64,000 nt of DNA from positions 168,956 to 232,955 of the forward strand of contig CAWHCF010000002.1 in the NCBI GenBank assembly GCA_963827655.1. The letters are read 5' to 3'. Source of the DNA: an uncultured Acidobacteriota bacterium (lineage in GTDB: Bacteria > Acidobacteriota > UBA6911). Made by a program: the position numbers and the translations under genes. Positions 42,180 to 52,405 of the stretch are shown here, piece by piece. The notes beneath the pieces were generated by a model. The model searched no databases, was not told the DNA's origin, and worked only from the letters and a program-made list of their open reading frames with translations. Each line of letters begins with the position of its first letter. The first letter of the stretch is position 1.

Positions 42180-42460
42180 CGGCGTCTTTTGTCGTTCGCA
42201 CGACTCCCAAGGTAGACCGGCTTCTCAAGAAGCTAACCAAGCGCCACCCAGATTTACCCGTCCGATTCGCCGAAACAATGGCGATCTTGGGAGAGGACCC
42301 GTATAACGTCACCCGCTCCCATCCAATCAAAAGGCTCGAGGGTAGCAAGCCGGGCGAAGGCCAATATCGGTTGCGGCTGGCTGGCGTTTTCGCTACGACA
42401 TCGCTGGGCAAGCGGTTGTTCTTCACTACTGCGGACTGCGGAGAAGATACCTATCGCTAG
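42176..42460 (+). CDS. RelE/ParE-family toxin with two compensating internal frameshifts
   Basis: IKRLEG..GQYRLR; the RelE-like segment WRFRYDI..VVLHYCGLR lies in another frame. Confidence 0.75.
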   Translation: MTASFVVRTTPKVDRLLKKLTKRHPDLPVRFAETMAILGEDPYNVTRSHPIKRLEGSKPGEGQYRLRLAGVFATTSLGKRLFFTTADCGEDTYR

Positions 42461-42590
42461 AGTGGGGCGAACGCAAGATTCCCAGCAACAAACGAGCGCG
42501 GGGGTCAATCCCCTGGCTTGTTTGAGTTGGACTTTCCTTGTTTGCCCTGCACACCGAGCGTAAGGCGGTTTTGCGGCTTGCGTTTGAACG

Positions 42591-42713
42591 TGTCCCTGGC
42601 GAATTCCGAGTTTGCTCTGCATTTCCATCCACGCGTCCAGGACGAATTGTCGCAATCCTTCGATTTTCTGATCTTCAAACGCTGGCAACCAAATTCAAAC
42701 CGGGCTATTCAAA
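42591..42713 (-). repeat. Dispersed ~120-bp repeat, copy B
   Basis: Reverse-complement homologue of 27582-27699. Confidence 0.75.
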
Positions 42714-42844
42714 AGGCGAACGTCTTAGTGGGAACTAAGCTATTTATAATAATCCTCGGTGCCGAACCAGTGCCAGAGAAGATTACAGACTTCGAACCTC
42801 CTAACCTCCTTAAAAGCAAACCACGACACTTTCCATCGGCAGAC

Positions 42845-43270
42845 CTATCTTGAAACCAATTCCTTGCTTGGTACCCGAACGAACGCATTCGGATTCAAAC
42901 CAAAGTAAGCGCACAGTTTTTCAATGTGAGAAACATTGAAGTCGCGCCGCTGAGATATCAATTCCGAAATCGTCGATACCGGAATGCCAGTCGCCCTTGA
43001 GACTTCAGTTTGCGTAACGCCTCTAGTGTCGATTGACATCGCAAGCATCTTGTGCGGCGGCAACGGTTCGATAGAATGTGCCTTTTTTTCGTACTCCTCG
43101 ATGAGATTCCCAAGAATCTCAAGATAGTCCTGCTCCGGTGCCGATAGTGTCGAAGCGTCCAGCAGTTGATAGAGCACCGCTTCAGCACGCTCGAGATCAG
43201 CTTCAGACCTAATTGGCCGGAGCGGAAATGCGCGAATCAATTCCAGATACTTCGATGGAACTTTGGCCAT
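42845..43270 (-). CDS. higA: HigA-family antitoxin
   Basis: FPLRPIRSEADL, LIEEYE and a C-terminal Xre-type HTH. Confidence 0.88.
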   Translation of the reverse strand: MAKVPSKYLELIRAFPLRPIRSEADLERAEAVLYQLLDASTLSAPEQDYLEILGNLIEEYEKKAHSIEPLPPHKMLAMSIDTRGVTQTEVSRATGIPVSTISELISQRRDFNVSHIEKLCAYFGLNPNAFVRVPSKELVSR

Positions 43271-43276
43271 AAGGGA

Positions 43277-43564
43277 TTACTCCTTCCATTTAGCGAGGTC
43301 GTATTCCTTGTGGGTCAAGATGTGCCGGACATAAACCTTTTGCCGATTGTAATGAATCACTGCGATTAGGCGGTACTTGTTGCCGGCGATGTTGAACACT
43401 GTGAACTTGGCAACCTGATCCGCAGTCCCGAATAATTTCCTGACGTCGGCAAAATTGTTCCAGTCGGCAGTCTCAACAGCCCTAATCCAATGCCGCAGCG
43501 AGGTCTCAGCATCGGGATATTTCATCCAGAACTGCTTTAACGGACTGCGTGAGATCAAGTGCAT
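43277..43564 (-). CDS. higB: HigB-family toxin
   Basis: MHLISR, VFNIAGNKYRLI and ILTHKEYD; toxin-first gene order. Confidence 0.92.
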   Translation of the reverse strand: MHLISRSPLKQFWMKYPDAETSLRHWIRAVETADWNNFADVRKLFGTADQVAKFTVFNIAGNKYRLIAVIHYNRQKVYVRHILTHKEYDLAKWKE

Positions 43565-43635
43565 TCACACGCATTTTCGCAAATTGCGAAGATGATTAGC
43601 AAGGCTAATTTTGCACAATGCTGACCAAACAGGGA

Positions 43636-44334
43636 ATGGGCTTTGTCTCCGGTACCGGAAGTATCATTCGCCACGGTTTCTACAATTCAGGTAAGCGTCG
43701 TCGCTACCGTTGCCGGACTTGCGACAAGACATTCTGCGCGAACACCGGCACACCTTAAGATCGACTCAACATCGTCGGGCGACCTTCGACGAAGTTGCCA
43801 CCCTCAGCGTCGAGGGCCTGAACAAGTCTGCAATCGCACGGTAAAGCAGATGCCTGGAATACAGTCGCTCGATGGCTCGAAAAGGCCGCCCATTCGTGTC
43901 GTCGGTTCAACGATCGAATAGTAGTTGCGCTTTCCCTCGCGGAGCTTCAGGCCGACGAGATTCGGACGGTCGTCGGCAGCAAGAAACACCCGATCTGGAT
44001 CTTCACCACGATTGACGTCTGGTCTCGGCTTTGGCCTGCGACCGTCATAGGGAGACGAAGCTACCGAAACACGCTCGCTCTCTTTCAAGACGTAGCCAGC
44101 CGAATGAATCTTGAACGTGACCTCCTGATCGCCACAAACGGCTTCCAGTTTTACAAGAGAGTTATCTGTCGCATTTTGGGGCCAGCTTGTCTGTACGGCC
44201 AGGTGATCAAGACCCGTAGGAACGATCGCATCATCAACGTCGAGCGAAGAACAGTGATCGGCGACGCGTGGCGATTCGAAGAGACGCTGCGCGACTCCGA
44301 GGACTCCTCGAAACTGAACACCTCTTTCGTCGAG
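43636..44334 (+). mobile_element. IS1-family transposase pseudogene (5' portion)
   Basis: Zn-ribbon RYRCRTCDKTF, HTH (AWNTVARWLEKA), LQADE, IDVWSRLW and LNTSFVE; contains stops and frameshifts. Confidence 0.8.
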
Positions 44335-45254
44335 GGCAGGACATCCACTTTCTGCATGTGCGCTCCTCCGAACCTGAAGCACTGCCGCTGCTGCTGATCC
44401 ACGGATGGCCGGGTTCGATCGTCGAGTTCGTTAATGTCATCGGCCCCCTCGCCAACCCTCGGGCGTATAGCGCCGATCCGAAACAGGCATTTCATGTTGT
44501 GGCACCCTCAATCCCTGGCCATGGTTTCTCGATACCGCTGAACGAAGTGGGCTGGACGCATCGTCGCAACGCTAGGGCGTACGCCGAAGTGATGACGCGG
44601 CTGGGCTATGCGACCTACGGCGTCCAGGGCGGCGATCATGGCGCTTTCGAAGCTCCCGAGGTGGCCAGAGTGGATCCTGGCCGCGTGCTTGGCGTGCACG
44701 TCAACGCTCTGCTGACTTTCCCCTCGGGAGATCCGGCAGAGCTGGCCGGCCTCACTGACGGGGAGGCAGATCGGCTGCGTCGGCTGAAGGAGTTCAATCA
44801 GGAGCAGATGGGCTATATCCACCAGCAGGGTACGCGTCCGCAGACCCTTGCGTACGCGCTTACCGACTCACCGGTCGGACAGCTCGCCTGGATTATAGAA
44901 AAGTTTAAGGAGTGGACCGATCCGGCCGCCAAGCTGCCCGAAGACACGATCGACCGCGATCTGCTTCTTACCGACGTCACGCTGTACTGGCTGACACGCA
45001 CCGCCGGCTCCTCCGCACAGCTCTACTACGAGACCAACCATGATCCGGCCGCATGGGCGCCTAAGGAACGTGGTACCACGCCGACTGGCGTCGCGGTCTT
45101 CACCCCGCACGACATCACCATCCGAAGGCTCGCTGAACGCGACCACAACATCGTGCACTGGACCGAATTCGAGCGCGGCGGCCACTTCGCGGCCATGGAG
45201 ACGCCCGACCTCCTCGTCGGCGACGTGAGGGAGTTCTTCCGACGATTCCGGTGA
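44331..45254 (+). pseudogene. Epoxide hydrolase, 5'-truncated at the IS1 junction
   Basis: IHFLHVRS, HGWPGS, QGGDHG, DSPVGQ and GGHFAA; the N-terminal part is replaced by IS sequence. Confidence 0.85.
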
Positions 45255-45376
45255 TATGAACTGCCGACTTCCGCTGCAACCGATCAAGCGGCGCCCTCGG
45301 GTGGTAGCTGCTACAAGGTACTTCTCGGGCCCGCTCGCGGCTGAGCATTCCGGCCCGCTGGAGCTTCTCGGTCGCT

Positions 45377-45655
45377 TTGGCCAGCGCACCCGGCCGGTTA
45401 GTCTACGAGTCACCGGAAGCTTTTGCGACCCGGAACACGGACCACTACATCGGTGCTTGGCGGGCATACTATAAGGCTCTCGTCGAGGCTGGGATCTACG
45501 GCGGCGGCTCTCCACTTGAAGTGCCGGAGACAGGGACCACGGTGCGACTTAAGGAAGAAAAACGACGGGTACAGGATGGCCCCTACGCTGATACCAAGGA
45601 TCAACTGGGGGGATTCACATTCCTGGAACTCCCCTCGCTTGACGCAGGCGGATAG
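45377..45655 (+). pseudogene. YciI/DGPF-family protein fragment
   Basis: TTVRL..VQDGPYADTKDQLGGF; lacks a clear start and the usual C-terminus. Confidence 0.75.
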
Positions 45656-45698
45656 GCCGAACAAAAGCCGTTTTCCTCGCGCCCCCCGGCTGCGGGGT

Positions 45699-45736
45699 CG
45701 GCCCAGCTTCCGATAAGGCAAGACATAATGTCAACT
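45699..45736 (+). other. dif-like (Xer-type) motif, copy 2
   Basis: GCTTCCGATAA-9 bp-TAATGTCAACT; shares CGGCCCAGCTTCC.ATAAGG with 13271. Confidence 0.4.
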
Positions 45737-46283
45737 TGAGCGCCCGGTCCGACCGTTCTGCGGCATCCGATTGGCCGATCATAGACCAAAACTTTTAGGC
45801 TGGGATGAAATTTTGCAGGCTTTCGCCACGGCGGCGATCGGGCGGTCAGTCAGACCGGTTCATCAGGGTGAGAGGACGAGCGTCCCGCTGCTGAGACGAT
45901 CGGTGGCGCGCGCGCTGCAGGATCGAGATAGTAGATCTCGATTTGATTCAACCAACTCGCGTGAATAGGGGCCGTGGACAACAACCAGGCTGGAATATTT
46001 GGCTTGCAGCCGTGCAATTTCAGTCATAGAACACGTTGTCGTATTTACGAACAGGTGCACTAAGTTCCCATTACTCATCAGCGCCGCGGACTCGCCGCTT
46101 CCTACGCTCGATGCGACACGAATCCCGGCGCGGGCGGGCGGCGGTGGGTCAGTGGTCCTAACTATAGGATGGAGGAATTGAACTGAGGATAGAAATTTGG
46201 GGTAGTTAAAGGAGAGCCGATTCGAGAGCAGATTGGACGTCAGGCAAGGCAGATGGAAACGATCAAACCATGAGGAGGACAAC

Positions 46284-47172
46284 ATGATCACTCTAATGGG
46301 AGCAACCGGGCACACCGGAAAGAAAATCACCGAAGCACTGCTCAAAGCCGGCGAGCAGGTCCGCGCACTCGGCCGCTCGGAGAGCAAACTGGCGGAACTC
46401 AAGCGGGCCGGGGCCGAAGTGCTCATCGGGCGATACGACCGACGCCGCCTTCCTGACGAAGGCCTTTCGCGGCGCGGATGCCGTCTACACGCTGCTGCCG
46501 ACTGATCCAAGCTCACCCGACTTCCGCGCCGAGCAGGATCGGCAAGGTGAGGCCATCGTGAAAGCCATTCGCGAGAGCGGGGTCCGGTACGTCGTTGCGT
46601 TGAGCAGCCTGGGCGCAGATTTGAGCGAAGGGACAGGCGTGATCGCGGGTCTGCACGCACAAGAAGAACGCCTCAGGCGGCTTGAAGGCACGAACGTGCT
46701 GCTGCTTCGTCCAGTATCCTTCTTCGAGAACTTTTACGACAAGCTTGGGCTCATCAAGCACGAAGGAATCAACGGAGACTCCGTCGCGCCAGACCTCGCC
46801 GTCCCGATGATCGCGACCCGCGACATTGCCGACATCGCGGCGAGGGCGCTCAAAGCCCGCGATTGGAAGGGCGTCGGCGTGCGCGAGTTGCTCGGCCCGC
46901 GCGATCTCAGCTATTCCGAGGCGACGCGTATTATCGGAGAACGTATCGGCAAGCCCGATCTCAAGTACGTTCAGTTCCCCTACGCCGACGAGGCCCAGGC
47001 GCTCGTGCAGGCGGGCATGTCCGAGAGCTTCGCTCACCTCTATGTCGAGATGACGCGCGCCTTCAACGAGGAAAAGGTCAAGCCGCACGCGGGCCGTACG
47101 TCCGAGAACACCACGCCCACGCGGTTCGAGGACTTCGCGGGCGAGCTCGCGCACGCCTACGAGGCGCTGTGA
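46284..47172 (+). CDS. NmrA-family NAD(P)-binding protein; frameshift near 46430
   Basis: RBS GAGGAGG, MITLMGATGHTG, LRPVSFFEN and IATRDIA. Confidence 0.85.
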
Positions 47173-47194
47173 AAGGGAATGAGGAGGTCCCAAG

Positions 47195-47683
47195 ATGATT
47201 GATGATTTGATTCGTGTCTTGACGCTTGTGTCAGCACTCGGCTGCGGGCTGATGGCCGGATTCTTCTTTGCTTTTTCGGCTTGCGTGATGAAAGCCCTCG
47301 CGCGCCTTCCTGCAAGCGCGGGCATTGCCGCCATGCAATCGATCAATGTCGCGGTGATCAATCCCTTGTTCATGATCGCGTTTCTCGGCACGGCTGCAGC
47401 TTGCGTCACGCTGGGTGTCTCTTCGCTGCTCATGCGACACAGACCCGGTGCGATCTACCTGCTCATCGGCAGCCTGCTTTATCTCGTCGGCACTGTGCTC
47501 GTGACGATTGTATTCAATGTTCCGCGGAACGACGCGCTGGCGGCGGTCGAACCGGCGAACGCCGATGCTGCCGCCCTATGGGGTGGCTATTTGACCAGTT
47601 GGACGGCCTGGAACCACGTGCGGACAGCAGCGGCGCGCTACTCGGCGTGGAATTCCGGAGTGAGGTGGCTTGGACATTCTTGA
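47195..47683 (+). CDS. DUF1772 (anthrone oxygenase-like) membrane protein
   Basis: GFFFAFS, AMQSIN, NVPRNDAL and WTAWNHVRT. Confidence 0.87.
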   Translation: MIDDLIRVLTLVSALGCGLMAGFFFAFSACVMKALARLPASAGIAAMQSINVAVINPLFMIAFLGTAAACVTLGVSSLLMRHRPGAIYLLIGSLLYLVGTVLVTIVFNVPRNDALAAVEPANADAAALWGGYLTSWTAWNHVRTAAARYSAWNSGVRWLGHS

Positions 47684-47699
47684 TGGAGGGAGAAGCAAA

Positions 47700-48176
47700 A
47701 TGAGTTCAGCATCCGATGACGAAGCCGCCATCCGCGACCTTTACCATGAACTGATGGATGCCTGGAACAAGGGCAGTGGCGAAGCCTTTGCCGCTACGTT
47801 CACCGAGAACGGTGATCTCATCGCGTTCGATGGGACTCACTTCAAAGGACGCCAAGAGATCGCCCCGTTTCACCAGCGACTCTTTGAAACACACCTCAAG
47901 GGGACGCGCCTTGTCGGCAAGGTGACGAGCCTCCGGTTCCTGAGTCCCGACGTTGCCCTGATGCACGCCATCGGCGGAACTGTGATGCGAGGGAAATCAC
48001 AACCTTCGCCCGAGCGAGACTCAATTCAGACACTCGTAGCCACGAAACGTGGCGGCGACTGGCGCCTCGCAGCCTTTCAGAACACCAGGGTCAGGCCGAT
48101 GGGCCGTAATGCTTGGGGTACTCTCATATGGCTGTTCTCGGATTGGTTGTGGAAAACGTTCGGTCCAAAAAGATAG
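47700..48176 (+). CDS. SgcJ/EcaC-family (NTF2/SnoaL-like) protein
   Basis: DEAAIRDL..AWNKG, FDGTHFKGRQEI and WRLAAFQNT. Confidence 0.85.
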   Translation: MSSASDDEAAIRDLYHELMDAWNKGSGEAFAATFTENGDLIAFDGTHFKGRQEIAPFHQRLFETHLKGTRLVGKVTSLRFLSPDVALMHAIGGTVMRGKSQPSPERDSIQTLVATKRGGDWRLAAFQNTRVRPMGRNAWGTLIWLFSDWLWKTFGPKR

Positions 48177-48243
48177 GTGGTGTGGCCCGTATCTGTCCTT
48201 CGGGCGCCATCTGACGATCAGCTTCTATTCAAGAGCAGGTTTT

Positions 48244-48768
48244 ATGCAACTGTTGTTTCTGCTTCTGCTTATTGTTGGTCCTTACCTGTTACTCACTCTG
48301 GCGGGGCGGCGGATTACCGGCCTCAAAATCGCTCCTGCCACACGGGCGAGAGTGGGCCTGTCGCTCTTCTTCCTTTTCACATCTCTGGGACATTTCATCA
48401 GAACCGAAGAGATGTCGGCGATGGTGCCGCCCGTTATCCCGTACCGTGTGGAACTAATCTACATTACCGGAGTGCTGGAGTTGCTCGGAGCCATCGGCGT
48501 GTGGATCCCCCGTCTGACGAGATTGACGGGTCTTTGCGTCATCTTAATGCTCATAGGTCTCTTACCCGCGAACATCTACTCGGCTATTCAGCGGGTTGAC
48601 TTCGGCGGCCACGGCGCTGGCCCGGCTTATCTGCTTGTGAGAGTGCCGTTTCAGGTATTTGCGATCTGGTGGACGTATTTTGCGACAGAACAGAAATTGA
48701 CGCTCGCATTTCGCCATCAATCGCCAGGTTCGTACGGCCACCGGCGCGAGCGAGGTGGAGGATTATGA
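48244..48768 (+). CDS. DoxX-like membrane protein
   Basis: GHF..M..MVPP, TGVLELLGAIG, PANI and RVPFQ. Confidence 0.8.
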   Translation: MQLLFLLLLIVGPYLLLTLAGRRITGLKIAPATRARVGLSLFFLFTSLGHFIRTEEMSAMVPPVIPYRVELIYITGVLELLGAIGVWIPRLTRLTGLCVILMLIGLLPANIYSAIQRVDFGGHGAGPAYLLVRVPFQVFAIWWTYFATEQKLTLAFRHQSPGSYGHRRERGGGL

Positions 48769-48871
48769 AATCAGAGTCAGTAAATGTCAACGGAGGAGAG
48801 TCGTACTCCTCGTTGAGCCACTCGATGATGATTGAAGTATCCAGGCTCCCGAATAGGCGAGCACAACTCTT

Positions 48872-49870
48872 TCAGACCTCGGCGCTCCTGACCGGGAAGC
48901 GGCCCATACCGCCACCCAAAAGTAGGAGAAGAATGGCTTTCTGGATGTGCATTCGATTCTCAGCCTGGTCGAAGGCGACAGAGCGCTGAGAATCAATGAC
49001 TGCGTCGGTGACTTCCTCCCCACGGTGTGCAGGGAGGCAGTGCATGAAAACAACGTGCGGCGCGGCCTCAGCCATCAACTCGTCGTTGACTTGATACGCC
49101 GCGAAATAAGCGGCCCTATCGTGGGCTTCGCTCTCGCGACCCATGCTGGTCCAAACATCGGTATATACAGCGTCGGCGTCCGCTACGGCCTTGTGTGGAT
49201 CGATAAGTACCTCAATGACAGCATCGGTCTGTTGTGCGACCTCGCGAGCCTCTGCAACTACCTGCGGGTCGGGTCCGTACCCAGGCGGAGTCGCAACCGA
49301 AATCCGGGAACCGAGTGCGGCCGCAGTGCGCAATAGCGAATGACTGACGTTGTTGCCATCTCCGACGTACGCCAGGCGAACATTCTTCAGATCCCCGAAC
49401 TTTTCCTGCAAAGTGAAGTAATCGGCCAGTGCCTGGCAGGGATGCTCACAGTCGCTGAGCGCGTTAATTACAGGAATACCAGCGTACTCTGCCATGTTCG
49501 CGATCGTGTCATGCTTAAATGTGCGAAGCACGATCACGTCGACCCAGCGCTCGAGATTGTGCGCAATGTCACTCAGCGGCTCGCGTGCGTCAATGCGGTT
49601 TTGAGTCTGGTCGACGAAGAACGAGACCCCGCCCAGGCTCGCCATTCCAGCTTCAAAAGTGAGCCGGGTGCGCAACGACGGCTTCTCAAAGAACATGACC
49701 AGTTGTTTTCCGGTCAGCGCTCCTCGGAAATCTGCCGGCCGTGACTTCATCAGACCCGCAAGGTGAAGCACAGCTTCTACGTCTTGTGGCTTCAGATCAC
49801 TAATTGACACCAGATCGCGGCACGAGAATTCCGTCGCTACTGGTGGATAATAAATCGGTACAGTTCTCAT
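48872..49870 (-). CDS. argF: Ornithine carbamoyltransferase
   Basis: FEKPSLRT, HPCQALAD, GDGNNV, WTSMG, HCLPAHRG and QAENR. Confidence 0.95.
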   Translation of the reverse strand: MRTVPIYYPPVATEFSCRDLVSISDLKPQDVEAVLHLAGLMKSRPADFRGALTGKQLVMFFEKPSLRTRLTFEAGMASLGGVSFFVDQTQNRIDAREPLSDIAHNLERWVDVIVLRTFKHDTIANMAEYAGIPVINALSDCEHPCQALADYFTLQEKFGDLKNVRLAYVGDGNNVSHSLLRTAAALGSRISVATPPGYGPDPQVVAEAREVAQQTDAVIEVLIDPHKAVADADAVYTDVWTSMGRESEAHDRAAYFAAYQVNDELMAEAAPHVVFMHCLPAHRGEEVTDAVIDSQRSVAFDQAENRMHIQKAILLLLLGGGMGRFPVRSAEV

Positions 49871-50054
49871 TGGTTGACTACTCACGTCTGCTCCTGCTGG
49901 CTTCCGTGTCCTACGCGCTTCTGCGCCAATCGACACTGTTTCTGCGTCACGCCTCATCCAAGCCGCCGGCGTTTCACTGATATAAGATCAAACCTGGAAA
50001 AAGACTACAGTTGAACTGTCCTCAGCCCTTTGAGCTAGTTGTTCCGTGTTCGGT

Positions 50055-50976
50055 TCACATAATCTTTTTTCCGAACGCCGATGAGATCAGCTGCACGCCC
50101 AGCTCGGCCGTCCGGTTTGCGATGTCAAGCACCGGATTGACCTCGGTCAACTCGAACGAAAGCATCCTTTCCTGAGTCCGCGATCTTCTCCATTGCGAGA
50201 TGGCTTTCACGATAGGTTGGACCGCCCGGAACCGGCGTGCCGACACCCGGCGCGTAATCAGGATCCACAAAATCCATGTCCATGGTCACGTGAAAACCCA
50301 CAGTGTGCCGCGAGGCCAACCCCATCGCTTCGTCCATGACCGCGCTCATCCCACGTTCGTCGAGCTCGCTCATCGTCACCACCCGGATGCCGGAATTTTT
50401 GAGGGTAATGGCTTCTTCTGGATCAACGCTGCGTGCCCCTATCAGTACGCAGTCTTCAGGATAGACTTTGGGCGAGAACCCGCTGATGTGTGTCAACTCT
50501 TTCGCCCCATGACCCAGGATCGCGGCGAACGGCATTCCATGAATATTTCCAGAGGGCGATGTATCGGGCGTGTTCATGTCTCCATGAGCATCGAACCAGA
50601 TGACGCCGACTCTATCGTCACGTTTGCGGTGAAAGGAGGCGAGTCCGGAAACGCTGCCGATCGCGATGGAATGATCCCCGCCGAGGATAATCGGGATAGA
50701 GCCCCCTTCGAGGGCAGCTTCAACGTGATGGGCGAGCTTCTGACAGGCGATGGCGATTTCGGGCAAATATTTCAGCTTGCGATCCGTGATCTGCATCATC
50801 TCGGAATTGCGCACTACGAGATTGCCCTCGTCAGTGACGTCATAACCCAGCTTGACGAGCCGATGGTAGAGGTCGGCAACGCGGAGCGCTGAGGGCCCCA
50901 TATCCACGCCGCGCCGATCGGCCCCCAGATCCATCAAGACGCCGATAATCGTGACTTTCTTGCTTAAGACCAACAT
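50055..50976 (-). CDS. rocF: Arginase; frameshift near 50168
   Basis: [26 protein letters not shown] and DMDFVDP; C-terminal EVNPVLD in the next frame. Confidence 0.92.
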
Positions 50977-51196
50977 AACTCAGTAAATATCGTTATTCAT
51001 GTGAGTTTTTTCTTAACGCCGCGTGCCCTCAACGAACGACCTGCACGAGCGTACGAATGAGTGGACGCTCTACTCAACGCGTTCCACTTCACTCTCGCTT
51101 AGATCAGAAGAAATCGAGCAAAAGACTACAGCCCAATTTACGGGTAGGTAGACTGGATGTACTGGAATCGCAGTTGGTCGGCTAAGAGGATGGACT

Positions 51197-51647
51197 CGGC
51201 CAGGTGATCAAGACCCGTAGGAACGATCGCATCATCAGGGTCGAGCGAAGAACGCTAATTGGCGACACGTGGAGATTCGAAGAGACGCGGCACGACTCCG
51301 AAGACTCCTCGAAACTGAACACTTCTTTCGTCGAGCGGCTGAACCTCACGATCCGACAGGGCTCAGCCTATCTTTTTCGGCGGACGATCAGCCACGCCCG
51401 ATGGCATGAGCGTCTCGAGGATCACCTGGAGTTGCTTCGCTGCTACTATAACTTCGTCAGGCCTCACAGGGCGTTGAAATTCGGAGGCGAGGTTAGGACG
51501 CCAGCGATGCAAGCTGGGCTGACCACCCGACGGCTGACGTTAAGGGAGATCTTCCCGTCGCCGATGCTTCCTTCGTTTTCGGAGAAAGTCAAGTTCGGGC
51601 AATCGACCGTTTTGGTCGTTGTCGATGAGACGCGGATGCCTCTGGCA
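51197..51647 (+). mobile_element. IS1-family transposase 3' portion
   Basis: NTSFVERLNLTIR, YYNFVRPH and RTPAMQAGL; the first 139 bp are ~91% identical to 44196-44334. Confidence 0.85.
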
Positions 51648-51830
51648 GGTATTGTCAACTTGGCATCCTCGGATCGAGGTCGGGACGGTTGTGGGGTTGA
51701 CGCCTTGATTGATCAGGCAAATGTTACTTCATGCCAAATAAGGAAGGAGCGGGCTCGCAATAGCCGGTGGTTGGCTGACCGGAGCAGGTGCCGTCCAACT
51801 CGGAAGAGATTGTGGATGATTCCGTGGACC
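51648..51830 (-). mobile_element. IS6 right end, interrupted by the IS66-derived element
   Basis: Identical to 41128-41311 except one indel in an A-run. Confidence 0.9.
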
Positions 51831-51913
51831 GTGTCCTTTCGGCACGCTTGCATGACTTGACCAACTGAACTTGCTACCGTCTGCTTTTGCCCTCAACGGG
51901 GCGAGGAGGAAAG

Positions 51914-52405
51914 ATGGTAGCCAACCAAGTTCAGGATCTTCCCCCTGACATACGAAAGACTTACCGGCGTTTCGAACGGTGGCGGAGCTTGCACACCGGG
52001 CGGTACCGCTTGCCGATTCCGGAGCCGTTGTGGGCTGGGGCTGCGGAACTGGCACGGGTGCACGGGGTTTTCCGCATCGCGAGGGCTCTGCATCTGGAGT
52101 ACGGCAAACTGAAAGAGCTGGCAGGAGCGGTGGGTCCGGCGACAAAGAAGCCGGCAGACAAGACCCCGGCAGCCTTTCCCCGAACCCAGGCTGGCCGGCA
52201 CAGTCAGACCGCGGTCTTGAGCCGCACGCGATCACGGCCTCGACCACCGGCGTTTGTCGAGCTGATCGCACCGAGCCCCGGCACTTCCCTTGAATGCCGG
52301 GTGGAATTGGAGGGACGGCGCGGGAAGATGAGGATCGAATTCAAGGGCATCGCCACAGCGGAACTGGTGGCGCTCGGCCGGGCGTTGTGGGACGGTGAGG
52401 CATGA
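51914..52405 (+). CDS. tnpA: IS66 TnpA-like accessory protein
   Basis: RBS GAGGAGG; IPEPLW..A, PPAFVEL and CRVEL; overlaps tnpB. Confidence 0.7.
   Translation: MVANQVQDLPPDIRKTYRRFERWRSLHTGRYRLPIPEPLWAGAAELARVHGVFRIARALHLEYGKLKELAGAVGPATKKPADKTPAAFPRTQAGRHSQTAVLSRTRSRPRPPAFVELIAPSPGTSLECRVELEGRRGKMRIEFKGIATAELVALGRALWDGEA

Noticed and set aside
48872-49957. N-acetylornithine transcarbamylase (SLRT motif) or an N-terminal extension from 49957
   Set aside because: WTSMG and HCLPAHRG are standard OTC motifs; the downstream ATG at 49870 gives a normal length.
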